A stretch of DNA of 62,887 nucleotides, the filler included, from Octopus bimaculoides (lineage: Eukaryota), in NCBI RefSeq assembly GCF_001194135.2. It is 3 parts of 3 records of this genome, joined end to end, with 100 filler letters (N's around TTAATTAATTAA, not from the genome) between each part and the next. Parts side by side here need not be neighbours in the genome. Positions count along the whole stretch, not along the records: positions 1 to 19,923 come from NC_069002.1; 2 more parts are not named here. The stretch is one strand, 5' to 3'. The position numbers and the translations under genes were made by a program. This document shows, one piece after another, positions 1 to 10,699 of this stretch. Numbering within the stretch: the first letter of the stretch is position 1; each line of letters starts with the position of its first letter. The notes under the pieces were generated by a model. That model ran no database searches. It had not been told where the DNA came from and saw only the letters and a list, made by a program, of their open reading frames with translations.

Positions 1-34
<34 letters not shown>

Positions 35-644
35 ATTATATGTATTTCTTCTATCTTAATGAATAAAAATTCTTCGGATAGAATAAATGGGTTAATAGAA
101 ACCAATGTAGCAAAGAACACAAAATAACTGTGGTGTAGTTCCTGTTTTTAAGGCAGGAACTCCTTGAAATTTTGGGTATTTGAGTATATTTAAAAATTTA
201 TATATATATATGTATTCGGCCACATCATGACAAACTGAAAAAAACATAGTAGCCATTTTATGAAGCAGGTGATTATTTTCAACATATAAAATGCAGCACG
301 AGGACCTTGTACGACCGCGTTTTTCTCTTATATCGAAGACAACAGCTTGAAGTGTGTTTTGTTTTTTTATTATATTTCAAAATTACAGTTATGTACACAA
401 CAAGGGTATTTAACCTATTTAACTAGTAAACTGCCATATAACTACGCACATAAATATGTACAAGTATATTTATATCTACGTCTATGTACGTATACATACT
501 GACATACATATATACACGCCCACACACGGTCTAACACATGGTCACACACAGATGTATACGTATATATTTTTATACATACGTACGTCCATCGATTCCTCCA
601 TCCCTCCCTCCCTCCATCCATCCATCCATCCATCCACACACACA

Positions 645-676
<32 letters not shown>

Positions 677-760
677 TATGTATGTAAAATTCGATTAGCG
701 GTCATCTTTGTCTCATGAAGAGATGGTGTCATTCAAAGATATTTAGATACATTATTGCAG

Positions 761-878
761 ACACGATATAAGTAGCATCAGTTAGATTAAACTGAGTAAT
801 CATTATCAGATTTCTTGGTTCTTGTGCAAGGGAAGTCAACAGACCGCTCAAATTTCAATGGGAGAATATAAGGAGTAG
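761..878 (+). other. Candidate non-coding 5' exon of knottin gene A
   Basis: ttgcag|ACACG...AGTAG|gtaatg; the homologous segment 13169-13286 has the same splice-like ends and the same 118-nt length; the downstream ATG exon has its own acceptor, which implies an upstream exon. Confidence 0.4.
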
Positions 879-1469
879 GTAATGTTTAAGCTATTAACTC
901 TTGGTTGCGTGTGGATACGTAAAAAGCGATACAGAGTGTGAAGTGTTGATGATGTTAGTGCTGGTGATTGAATGGACTTTTATTTAATATTTGTATTTGA
1001 TTGGATGGTATTTTTAGGTCGAGAATACGAGAAGTTCGTTGTGGGATTACCTTGATGGTAATCTTATGGAAGACCTAAAATACAAGGTGGTGGCTGGTTG
1101 ACTGAATCAATACCTCACCGGACAAAGTGATTTGCTGTACTTCGTTCGACATTACGCTCTGAGTTGAATCACCAACGAGGTCGACTTTGGATTCCATTCG
1201 TATGGGGTCGAAGAAAAAAAAGGTACCAATCGAGTATTGTGATCGATGAAACAGTACCAGTAGTGTACAAGGTTTACTGTGAGCAAGTAATCCCCTTCTC
1301 CAAAATTTCAGGCCTTGAGCCTGAATCGAATCGATTATTCGTCGTTGTGTTATCTATACTGTAGCTTATGGAAATTCATGATGGAAATAATTTAAGATTT
1401 AAAAAGTGCATGACATGTCTTCAATTGCTTTCTTTCTTATATTTCATATCATTTTTTTTTAGTTGCGCG

Positions 1470-1530
1470 ATGAGAGTTGCACTCCTCTACATTGGCGTAC
1501 TCATTTCATGCACCTCGTCGCAGAAGCAAG
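1470..1530 (+). CDS. Knottin/agatoxin-like precursor copy A, signal-peptide exon (MRVALLYIGVLISCTSSQKQ, phase-1 end)
   Basis: Polypyrimidine tract and AG acceptor at 1461-1462, ATG at 1470, hydrophobic core, donor AAG|gtaaat at 1531. The paralog differs by an in-frame 6-nt indel and 3 substitutions. Confidence 0.85.
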
Positions 1531-1563
1531 GTAAATATTCACCACTACCATCACTTCATAGTA

Positions 1564-2090
1564 TTGGGTTGTCCGGAAAGTTCGTGCCGATTTTCCAAAA
1601 AATTTTCTCACTCAACTCATGTGGTACCCAAACATCGTCGCGATTTGTGTACCCAAGCTTTACGACGGATTTTGATAGGTTGAGGCTTTCTGCCAATTCT
1701 CGGGTTGTGTAATGTGAGTTATTCTCAATTAATGGCTGGATTTGGTCATCATCCGTAGTGGATGGTCTGCCTGATCGCTCTTTATCAATAAGGCTACAAT
1801 CTCCAGCTCGGAACCTTGCGAACCACTTCCGTACAGCTCTTTCGGATAAAGAGACATCAACGTAAACCGCGCATATTTCTTTGGTTGCTTGTGAGGCATT
1901 TTTCCCTTTCCGGAAAAAGAAAAGCATCAAGTGCCGAAAATGAACTTTATCTTCCATTTTAAAGGGTTACAGAATTAACACAGGTTATAGGAACATAAAC
2001 CTTCTTCCACGAAAAGATAGCTTAAACTGTGCTCTAAATGGAGGTGCAGTCAAATCCTATTTTATGGACTCAAAACCATGTTCTAAAATA
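1564..2090 (-). mobile_element. Internally deleted mariner element (N-terminal HTH of transposase) in intron of gene A
   Basis: TA at 1562-1563, then TIR ttgggttgtccggaaagttcgtgccgattt; minus-strand ORF MEDKVHFRHLMLFFFRKGKNASQA...RSGRP...WVPHEL typical of mariner; paralog B has the empty site (catagta|atctcag at about 13936). The other TIR is not visible and is probably in the 2091-2100 gap. Confidence 0.92.
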
Positions 2091-2100
2091 NNNNNNNNNN

Positions 2101-2161
<61 letters not shown>

Positions 2162-3760
2162 CGTGGAGAGTCAAATGATGAGAAATTACTCTCATCAAAT
2201 TTTCATGGACTTCGCAACTGTGGCCAGAAGCCACCAAAGACAAATTAATTTGCAAGAAATCGGAAAACATAAGGAGATATTAAGAAGGGACGGGCACAAT
2301 GTGAAGGTGTCCCCACCCCAATAAGCAATGCAAGGCGAGGAGAAAATAATTATTTACAGAACACTTTCTTGAGGTAATAACGCTTATCAACAATATGATT
2401 TAGGCACGTGATGTTGATAATCCACACAATTGGGGAAACATCGATGGCCATCTCCCCTGAATTGGATTTGCGGCGAGTTTTCTCTCCTGTCTATAATTTT
2501 TAGATGTTTTAATAACCGGCGCTTTGAACAAGTCATCTCCTCCGCACCAAATCACTGCCTACCGGCAAACAGTCGTTGCTTTTCTCTTTAATAGTATGTA
2601 TTATTGATAATGTTTACAACACTATCACTGCTTCTAATTCATATTTGAATTCATCGATTACACATACTTAATCTATGTGCGCTGCTTATTTGCCAGAAGG
2701 ATTCGATTTAGCGGAGTGAGGAAGACTCTCTCAAGGCACCGGGTATTAAAACATTTGAAACTCATAGACAGACGAGGCAATTCTCTCCAAAATCCATTCA
2801 GAAGCGATGGACATCGATACTTCGCCATTTTGTCGCTTATCAACATTACGTATCGGAATCGAATTGGAGGCGAACTGAATCGCTAGTCCATAAGAAACAA
2901 ATAATGTAATAAAAAAATTGCTGGTATGCCACGAAGATGCATACGTAGGAATAAATTTAAATATGAATTAGAAGCAGTGCTAGTCCTGTAGGTATTATCA
3001 GTCAAGCATGCACAATTTACATACCATGCTTGTTTATTGGTAGGCTGCGAAGTAGCGCAGTGGTGATGACACCCTGAAAACACCAAGTTTTAAAAGACAT
3101 GAAAGTCATCGACAGGGGAGAGGACTCGTTGGGGCATACCAGCAGATGATCGATACACTACTTGTATATAGTTATGGACTGGCGATTCAGTTCGGTTCCA
3201 ATTCAGTTCGGGTACGTGATGTTGATAAGCCACAACATGGCGAAACATCGATGTCCATCGCTCCTGAATCCTTCATAATCTCCAGACTTACCTTCAACAG
3301 ACTATTGTATATATCACCACCTTGGGATTTTCACTTCCCACAAAGAAAGTTTGCAAAACAAAAGGAGGAATAACCATATTTGAATGATTTATACCTTCAA
3401 AAGACAATGTTGTTTTCAAAAACGGAATAAATACTCTCTCAGGTTGATAGAAAAGTCGTTGAAGCTAATGGGGCCTAATTTGAATAATAAATAATGATTA
3501 CAAATCGTTGTTGCTTATTCGGTTCTGAGTGACCATTTCATATAGAACAACCAACTATATACATATATGTATACCTATTTTATACATACACTTACATATA
3601 CGCATGCACACACGTGCACACATTATACTCTTGTTATTTAAATACCCACCGAGAGCAGTTGATGTCGTTTGTATATTTCTATACACAAGAAAATATATTC
3701 GAAATCCTTGGAAGTTTTTATACCTTTCAATTCTTGGATATTTTATTATATAATTTCCAG

Positions 3761-3815
3761 ATCGCAATATGTCTGGTGGTAGGTCAGAAACAGATTACGT
3801 TCACATGGATGGAAG
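3761..3815 (+). CDS. Knottin precursor copy A, propeptide exon ((D)RNMSGGRSETDYVHMDG, phase 1 to 2)
   Basis: atttccag|...GGAAG|gtaaga, 55 nt, open in the frame required by the upstream exon; same length and frame as paralog exon 15143-15197. Confidence 0.82.
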
Positions 3816-5360
3816 GTAAGAATTATATTTTGACAATTATTTGAGAATGGCATCATCAATGAGATAAATACTATAATCCTTTTCTTAAACTCTTTTGTTT
3901 TTTTGCTTTCCCATAATTGTATTAGGCTTATCTTGTAAAGTGTGTCTTGTACTTTGTGAAACAGAAGCAAAATAAAATATATTAGACTCACTGTCTGAAA
4001 TATTGACTGAATGAGAGACACAGCAAAAATGCATTTAAAAAAAAATTTACAACACAGGAATTTTCTATAAAGAATATATTTAAAATCTATTTAATCAAAT
4101 AAATACGCGTATGAAATGTAGAAGTAATTTATCTGACATAGATGTTTGAAGGAGGCCATAAAGCTGTAAAAACGCAGGCACTGATAAACAAAGCCTTATT
4201 CGCCAACTGACAATTTATATAGAAATGCTAATAAAGCAAAGATATGTCTTTCACCCTATTATGCTTTCGTCTATGTCTTGGTCTAATAGGTGCGGCGAAG
4301 AACTGTAGTTAGTGTGGTTACTAGTGTTAGTGCTACCAAAATCAGTCATTTGCTCTCTTCGGATCACATCAACTTTTATACCAAATCCAAGAGTCATTTG
4401 CAGCGCTGTTATCACGTTTGAATTTGAATAATATTCCAGAGTAAATTCAAATAGTGATGGATTGTTAAGATTGGTAAACTTGGAAAATGAAATCAGACAT
4501 GGAAAGATTGAATGAAATAGAAACAGATTTTATTGAGGAAAGCAGACGAGAGAAAGTGAAAAGATTTAGAATATTAAAATGAAAATACTGACCCGAGAAG
4601 AATATATGTCGGATCAGGATAATCTTGGAAAATAAATTTACTTCAAAATTTAAAATGCAGGCTGGTAACTCACTAATAGTTTCGACAGCAACTTACACAA
4701 CTTCACACTTATCGATTCCCAATGGAGAATTTGTGTTCTTTCGTTATTCTGTTTAAATTTACAGGGACTAGAATTCTTTATCTCTTTCCTTAGTTGGCCT
4801 TGTTTGGTCTTTAACGTTAATTTATTGTTATTTGATTGTGATTTTGATTGTGATTTTCGTTCATCTTTTGCCAGTCCTACTCTTGTCCTGTTTTTCATTC
4901 ACCGGCTTCGGCGTTATGTAGTTGAATATAGTTTTCACATCCTGTATATTATAATTTTTTCCTGTAACAGTTTATAGATATAAGGTGTGTAAAATGGTAT
5001 ATAAGTGTTCCTGTTGTTTTTGATTATTGATTATATAATCGCAATTTGTTTTAATAAGCTATGACCCGTATAGCTGGTGTTGTTATTTCTTAATTGCATC
5101 TGCAGACATAAAATAAAACGCCACAGCTGTTGAGTGGTAATTCCCAGAAGTGGAAGTAATCTACATGGTAACATGTTATCTTGGAGGGAAAACCGATGAA
5201 TCATTATTGTACTGAAAATTGATCCATTCAAAATTAGTTATATACTTCAAATACACTCGTTTGGAAATATTAGCTCTATCTAATATCAATATCGAAGTAA
5301 ACTTGGAAGTGAAGAACAAACTACATATAGTGACGAAAGATGTCAGACAAATGACATATA

Positions 5361-5740
5361 GGCGCAGGAGTGGCTCTGTGGTAGCTTGCTTACAAACCAC
5401 ATGGTTCCGGGTTCAGTCCCACTGCGTGGCACCTTGGGCAAGTATCTTCTACAATAGCCTCGGGCCGACCAAAGCTTTGTAAGTGGATTTAGTAGACGGA
5501 AACTGAAAGAAGCCCGTCGTATATATGTATGTTTGTGTATATGTTTGTGTCTAGGTTTGTCCCTCCAACATCACTTGACAACCGATGTTGGTGTGTTTAC
5601 GTTCTTTGTAACATAGCGGTTCGGCAAAAGAGACCGAAAGAATAAGTACTAGGCTTACAAAGTCCTGGGGTAGATCTGTTCGACTAAAGGCGGTGATCCA
5701 GCATGGCCGCAGTCAAATGACTGAAACAAGTAAAAGAGTA
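5361..5740 (+). mobile_element. Full-length tRNA-headed SINE (major family, ggcgcaggagtggct... head, gaaacaagtaaaagag tail)
   Basis: A/B-box-like head (ggttcagtccc), central microsatellite and tail shared with copies at 8939, 23330, 41120, 48657 and 62595; absent from the paralogous site at about 18217. Confidence 0.9.
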
Positions 5741-5951
5741 TATTGCTAAAGCTAATTCATATTTTTCGGGATTATACTCGCTGTGCAACATAATTGTCTA
5801 CTTGCAAAATGCAACATGATTGCACAGTAGTGGAAACGATGTTACAAATAGCAAAATAATTTCTAATCTTAACTTCAAAGCAATCGAAATATCCGATGCC
5901 ACTACAGATGCTGTGGCAAGTTTGGAAGCAATAACATGTCAACGCCAAATT

Positions 5952-6597
5952 NNNNNNNNNNNNNNNNNNNNNNNNNNNNNNNNNNNNNNNNNNNNNNNNN
6001 NNNNNNNNNNNNNNNNNNNNNNNNNNNNNNNNNNNNNNNNNNNNNNNNNNNNNNNNNNNNNNNNNNNNNNNNNNNNNNNNNNNNNNNNNNNNNNNNNNNN
6101 NNNNNNNNNNNNNNNNNNNNNNNNNNNNNNNNNNNNNNNNNNNNNNNNNNNNNNNNNNNNNNNNNNNNNNNNNNNNNNNNNNNNNNNNNNNNNNNNNNNN
6201 NNNNNNNNNNNNNNNNNNNNNNNNNNNNNNNNNNNNNNNNNNNNNNNNNNNNNNNNNNNNNNNNNNNNNNNNNNNNNNNNNNNNNNNNNNNNNNNNNNNN
6301 NNNNNNNNNNNNNNNNNNNNNNNNNNNNNNNNNNNNNNNNNNNNNNNNNNNNNNNNNNNNNNNNNNNNNNNNNNNNNNNNNNNNNNNNNNNNNNNNNNNN
6401 NNNNNNNNNNNNNNNNNNNNNNNNNNNNNNNNNNNNNNNNNNNNNNNNNNNNNNNNNNNNNNNNNNNNNNNNNNNNNNNNNNNNNNNNNNNNNNNNNNNN
6501 NNNNNNNNNNNNNNNNNNNNNNNNNNNNNNNNNNNNNNNNNNNNNNNNNNNNNNNNNNNNNNNNNNNNNNNNNNNNNNNNNNNNNNNNNNNNNNNNN
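5952..6597. other. Assembly gap predicted to contain the mature Cys-rich exon of gene A
   Basis: Left flank aligns to 18219-18424 and right flank to 19570-19800; in B the knottin exon 18598-18817 lies between these. Confidence 0.7.
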
Positions 6598-6909
6598 TGA
6601 ATGCAGCGCTCGTTCAACGAACAATATGATTTTGTGAAAAAGAGAAAATAAATTTTCGGGACACAGGCATAGGCAAATCCATCCATCCATCCATCCATCC
6701 ATCCATCCATCCATCCATCCATCCATACATACATACATACAGACAGACAGACATACATATATATATACAGACATACATACATGCATACATACATATGGAT
6801 ATATGTGCATGCGTGTGTGAGTTTGAAGAGATATATCATCCGGGCGGATACCGTGGTGACTCTCAGTTATGTTCCAGGTTACGGTTAACCGCATCGATTA
6901 GTATTTAAC

Positions 6910-8400
6910 GTCAATTTCTACTTTTAGCTTTTGTTCACGCTGTAAATTCTTCCGATGGTTGATTCCATGTCCGCTTTACTGGACGGTTATGTGGTTTGGA
7001 GTGAATTTTAGCAGCATTTATAACGATATAGTACCTGAAGACTTGTTCATCCTCAAAATTAATTTCATCCTGTTTTGTAATTTCATACATTATATTTTTA
7101 TGGTAATTATGACCTACATATGTTTCCACTGCACAGATTTTGGATGCTGCTTCTTCAGGTGTTTGTTAGATAGGGTTCAGTAGGAGGTGATTATGGATTG
7201 ATTTGAAACTGAAATCTGATCTGTTCTTAGGTTTCCGCAGTTGACCTCACATTAACACCATTTGCTGTCCGAAGTCAGGGTTTCATGTAATTATGTCAAT
7301 GCAGGTCTCTCTGTGTATTGTAGTAGATGGGTAAGCTGTAGCCATGTTTTCAAGTGTAGAGCTTGTAGTATAATGTTTTTAGTTGTTAATACATTCATTT
7401 CTTTTGCTGTGTTGTTTATGTTTTGCTGTATACATTGGATAGAATATATTAAGAAGCGCAATGAATTATTTGAGTTCAGAATATGTTTTTCTACCCATCC
7501 TTTCACACTCAACTGTGGGTGGGGCATTGAGTTATCTAGAACTTACTTTAAATTTCTTTTTCTTGTCTTTATGTAAGCATTTTAAGGCCTGTTCAAGTTT
7601 AGTATTAAGTAATTTGTTTCTCGATGTAAATATTTGGTATTATCCTTTTATACATATGTCACCATTCCCCCTCACCCCTTGCCCTATATGGTTTAGCTGT
7701 ACTGATTAATTCCCACTCCGTTTTATAGCTATGATTCTTGTCTTTAATTGACTAGATTAGTTTGCTTAGGCTCGTGCCATTCATCTTTTTTCTATCTCAA
7801 AATGAATTAAAGTGATTAGCCAGCCTTCTCTTGAAGTTATGAGAGTTGACCCCTGTATAGAAATACGTCGTTTACCGGTATATACGCCAAATGTTCATCT
7901 AACGCTTTGTTATAGTATTTCTCGTTTAGCTTAAATATCTTCTCAATAGCCGACAGTCTCATTATGCGGGTGGAAATGTTTGTAACTTGGGTTGGGCACT
8001 TGGGGTGATTGCTTTGTAGTGAATGTATTTAAGGTCTTCATTAGGTTTGTGGTATACTTCGAATAGGCCGGTGTTTAGGTCTAGTGTAACATCTAAGAGG
8101 TTGACTGCGGTGTGTTCCACCTCTGTTGAGATGGAAAGTGCTATACCTTTGAAGAACTTACATAATTTTTTCCTATATCTTTCCATTTCTACATTGGAAG
8201 GGTTATTCAAGGTGAATAATGCATCACCCCTGTATACACTTTCCCCTACTTTTGGAAGTTCCTTGTTTGTGCGAAATAAATATATATTCCTATTAGATCA
8301 GTTACTTGTGTCAAGTTCCTTAATACCATTGTTATGTCGAACATAACCGGACTATCCTTTCTCATCCAGTATTTTCATTCAAATTCTATAATAGACATTC
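6910..8400 (-). mobile_element. Decayed Penelope-like element (RT C-terminus and GIY-YIG remnants)
   Basis: Minus-strand peptides WMRKDSPVMFDITM, NLLDVTLDLNTGLFEVYHKPNEDLKYIH and FLIYSIQCIQQ resemble Penelope RT and endonuclease; many stops and frameshifts. Confidence 0.82.
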
Positions 8401-8938
8401 TGGCAGTTAATACTACGTGTAATTCCTCCGTGGTTGACTCGAAGATTTTCAATGCAAATATGTGCTTTGATACAGTGTGAATGACAACTAATAAAAGGCA
8501 TAAATGTTAAACATCAACTGATGCGGTTAGCCGTGACATGGAACATAGCTGACAGCGACCACAGTAGCCGTCCGGATGATATATCCCTCCAAACTAACAT
8601 TAATGATAATACTCGATTTTCAACGAGCGACAAAGGCAGAATACCAAAATATGGAGATCAACACTGGCAGCACCAAAAGACATTCCATGACCAACCAATC
8701 TTCGACTCGCGGACACTGCTCTAACTCCATTCCGTGTATATGAAGGTTTTATTTTCTGATGAATGAAATAAAAACCAACATATTCCTGATATTCCAATGA
8801 TATAATTTCGCATCTACATTCAACAGCTTATTGGATTATAGTTTACTTTATATTCGAAGATAATAGCAGTACATCAGACAATAGAGATGTGTGGAGACGG
8901 TGATCTTCATCGCTATTCCAATAAATGATGAATATATA

Positions 8939-9122
8939 AGCGTAGGAGTGGCTGTGTGGCAAGAAGCTTGCTTCATAACCAAATGGTTCAAGGTTCAGTT
9001 CCACTGCGTGGCAGCTTTGACAAGTGTCTTACTATAGCTTCGGGCCGACCAAACCGTTGTGAGTGCATTTGGAACACGGAAACTGAGAGAAGCTCGTCGT
9101 ATATATATGTATGTATATATAT
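8939..9122 (+). mobile_element. SINE 5' half (same family as 5361), truncated by gap
   Basis: gcgtaggagtggctgtgtgg...ggttcagttccactgcgtggc...cgggccgacc matches 5361-5520. Confidence 0.88.
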
Positions 9123-9414
9123 NNNNNNNNNNNNNNNNNNNNNNNNNNNNNNNNNNNNNNNNNNNNNNNNNNNNNNNNNNNNNNNNNNNNNNNNNNNNNN
9201 NNNNNNNNNNNNNNNNNNNNNNNNNNNNNNNNNNNNNNNNNNNNNNNNNNNNNNNNNNNNNNNNNNNNNNNNNNNNNNNNNNNNNNNNNNNNNNNNNNNN
9301 NNNNNNNNNNNNNNNNNNNNNNNNNNNNNNNNNNNNNNNNNNNNNNNNNNNNNNNNNNNNNNNNNNNNNNNNNNNNNNNNNNNNNNNNNNNNNNNNNNNN
9401 NNNNNNNNNNNNNN

Positions 9415-9454
<40 letters not shown>

Positions 9455-9469
9455 ATATGCCCCCCCCAC

Positions 9470-9590
9470 CCAAATTCCAGGTTTTTCCACTCTACCTATA
9501 TTCAGCGAATACCACAGATGAAGTGCAGATCAACAACGAAAATACTTTCATACAAAAGTACAAACCAAGACTTAACAAACTTTAAACAGA
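9470..9590 (+). mobile_element. Penelope GIY-YIG C-terminal fragment
   Basis: FPLYLYSANTTDEVQINNENTFIQKYKPRLN resembles the end of PLE endonucleases (E..FI..YKP.LN). Confidence 0.6.
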
Positions 9591-10229
9591 ATACATACAC
9601 AAATCACTATTCACACACAAAACTCATTCTGCCACTTAACATGAGGAACCTACACAGCTAACAACCTAAATTTTAGCCACTACATACAAACGTCTTCTGT
9701 CCACTCTCCCACCAGACACATTAAATTTGTTTTGCCTTGATTGTAAATAAACATGTTCACTCAACCTTGTCGGCCTTCTTTTTTGGCGCAAATATATTGT
9801 CACGTGACACTAACGTACGGAAGTAGCGGGAGGCGTACAAAATGTTATAAACTTAATTACGTGTCCATTCTCTATAAACGTTTGACAGAAAACATTTAGG
9901 GTAGTGACTGTTAGGACATGTTCAGTCCACAGTATCAGCCTTAAATCACGACCCCACACATTATCAATTGATACTAACACACAGACGTGGCGGGAAACCT
10001 TCAAGAATGTCTAAGACCAGTCATGTGTCTATCGCGCACAAACACATAATATACACGCACAGATTTTCACATACAGACACGCCTGTTCACACACAACACT
10101 TACAAGCGGGCTCCCAAGCACACGCATACACATGCATACACTGGCATCATACATACGTTCGCACGTGCTTGCACGTGTACACGCGCACACGCACAGACAC
10201 ACGCACACACACACATACACACACATATA

Positions 10230-10690
10230 AAATCACTGTTGTCTCCCTTGCTACTTTTCCAACTTTTCCTTGCGTTCATAACTATATCTATATCAGTGTT
10301 TTTTATGGTAACAAATGGCTTACTAAATTCAAGTGCCTTTTGAAGCAAGCTTTTGGAGATCAAGATGTAAAACTCCAAATTGATAAATTTGAAATTCGAT
10401 TTATCTTCTGTTTTCTTAAGCCATTCCATAGTTGCTCTACTACATATCTATAGATTAAGATTTGTGTTTGCTCTGATGAGTCGTATGATATTATTTAACA
10501 TGGATTTACTAATAATTCCCATTTCATTTTATGTGGGATTTATTAACCTACAGCTAGGGTTTTGCATGAATTTATGTTTATGGTCTTTCTGGATTAATAA
10601 GGTATTTTGTGGGGCATCTTCTATTTTAAACCCCTATAGCACTTGAATTTACGAAGTTATTGTCCCTGCATTAGACTCAAGACATAGAGC
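10230..10690 (-). mobile_element. Penelope RT fragment
   Basis: FKFINLEFYILISKSLLQKALEFSKPFVTIKNTDIDIVMNARKS resembles the PLE RT segment FDI.DFYPSIS..LL.KAL.FA......I.HARKS. Confidence 0.78.
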
Positions 10691-10699
10691 GTTGATGGT

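Larger units (their letters stand above)
215..6910 (+). repeat. Tandem segmental duplication unit A (paralog of 12615-19800)
   Basis: Colinear blocks match unit B: 215-460 vs 12615-12860, 760-1563 vs 13168-13936, 3630-3870 vs 15020-15260, 5148-5330 vs 18034-18217, 5746-5951 vs 18219-18424, 6598-6910 vs 19570-19800. Hand-estimated identity about 75-97%. Boundaries approximate. Confidence 0.93.

Noticed and set aside
5361-5440. tRNA genes at SINE heads (also 17946-18010, 28027, 45232, 55855)
   Set aside because: A/B-box-like heads run into SINE bodies and tails; no full cloverleaf was evident.
5820-5951. Open frame SSGNDVTNSKIISNLNFKAIEISDATT conserved between paralogs
   Set aside because: Both strands stay open simply because the block is about 97% identical; no recognisable domain or good acceptor, so it is treated as intron.
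9798-9809. 12-bp palindromes with CACGTG (also 34650-34661)
   Set aside because: About 15 perfect 12-bp palindromes are expected by chance in a window this size (1 per 4096 positions).
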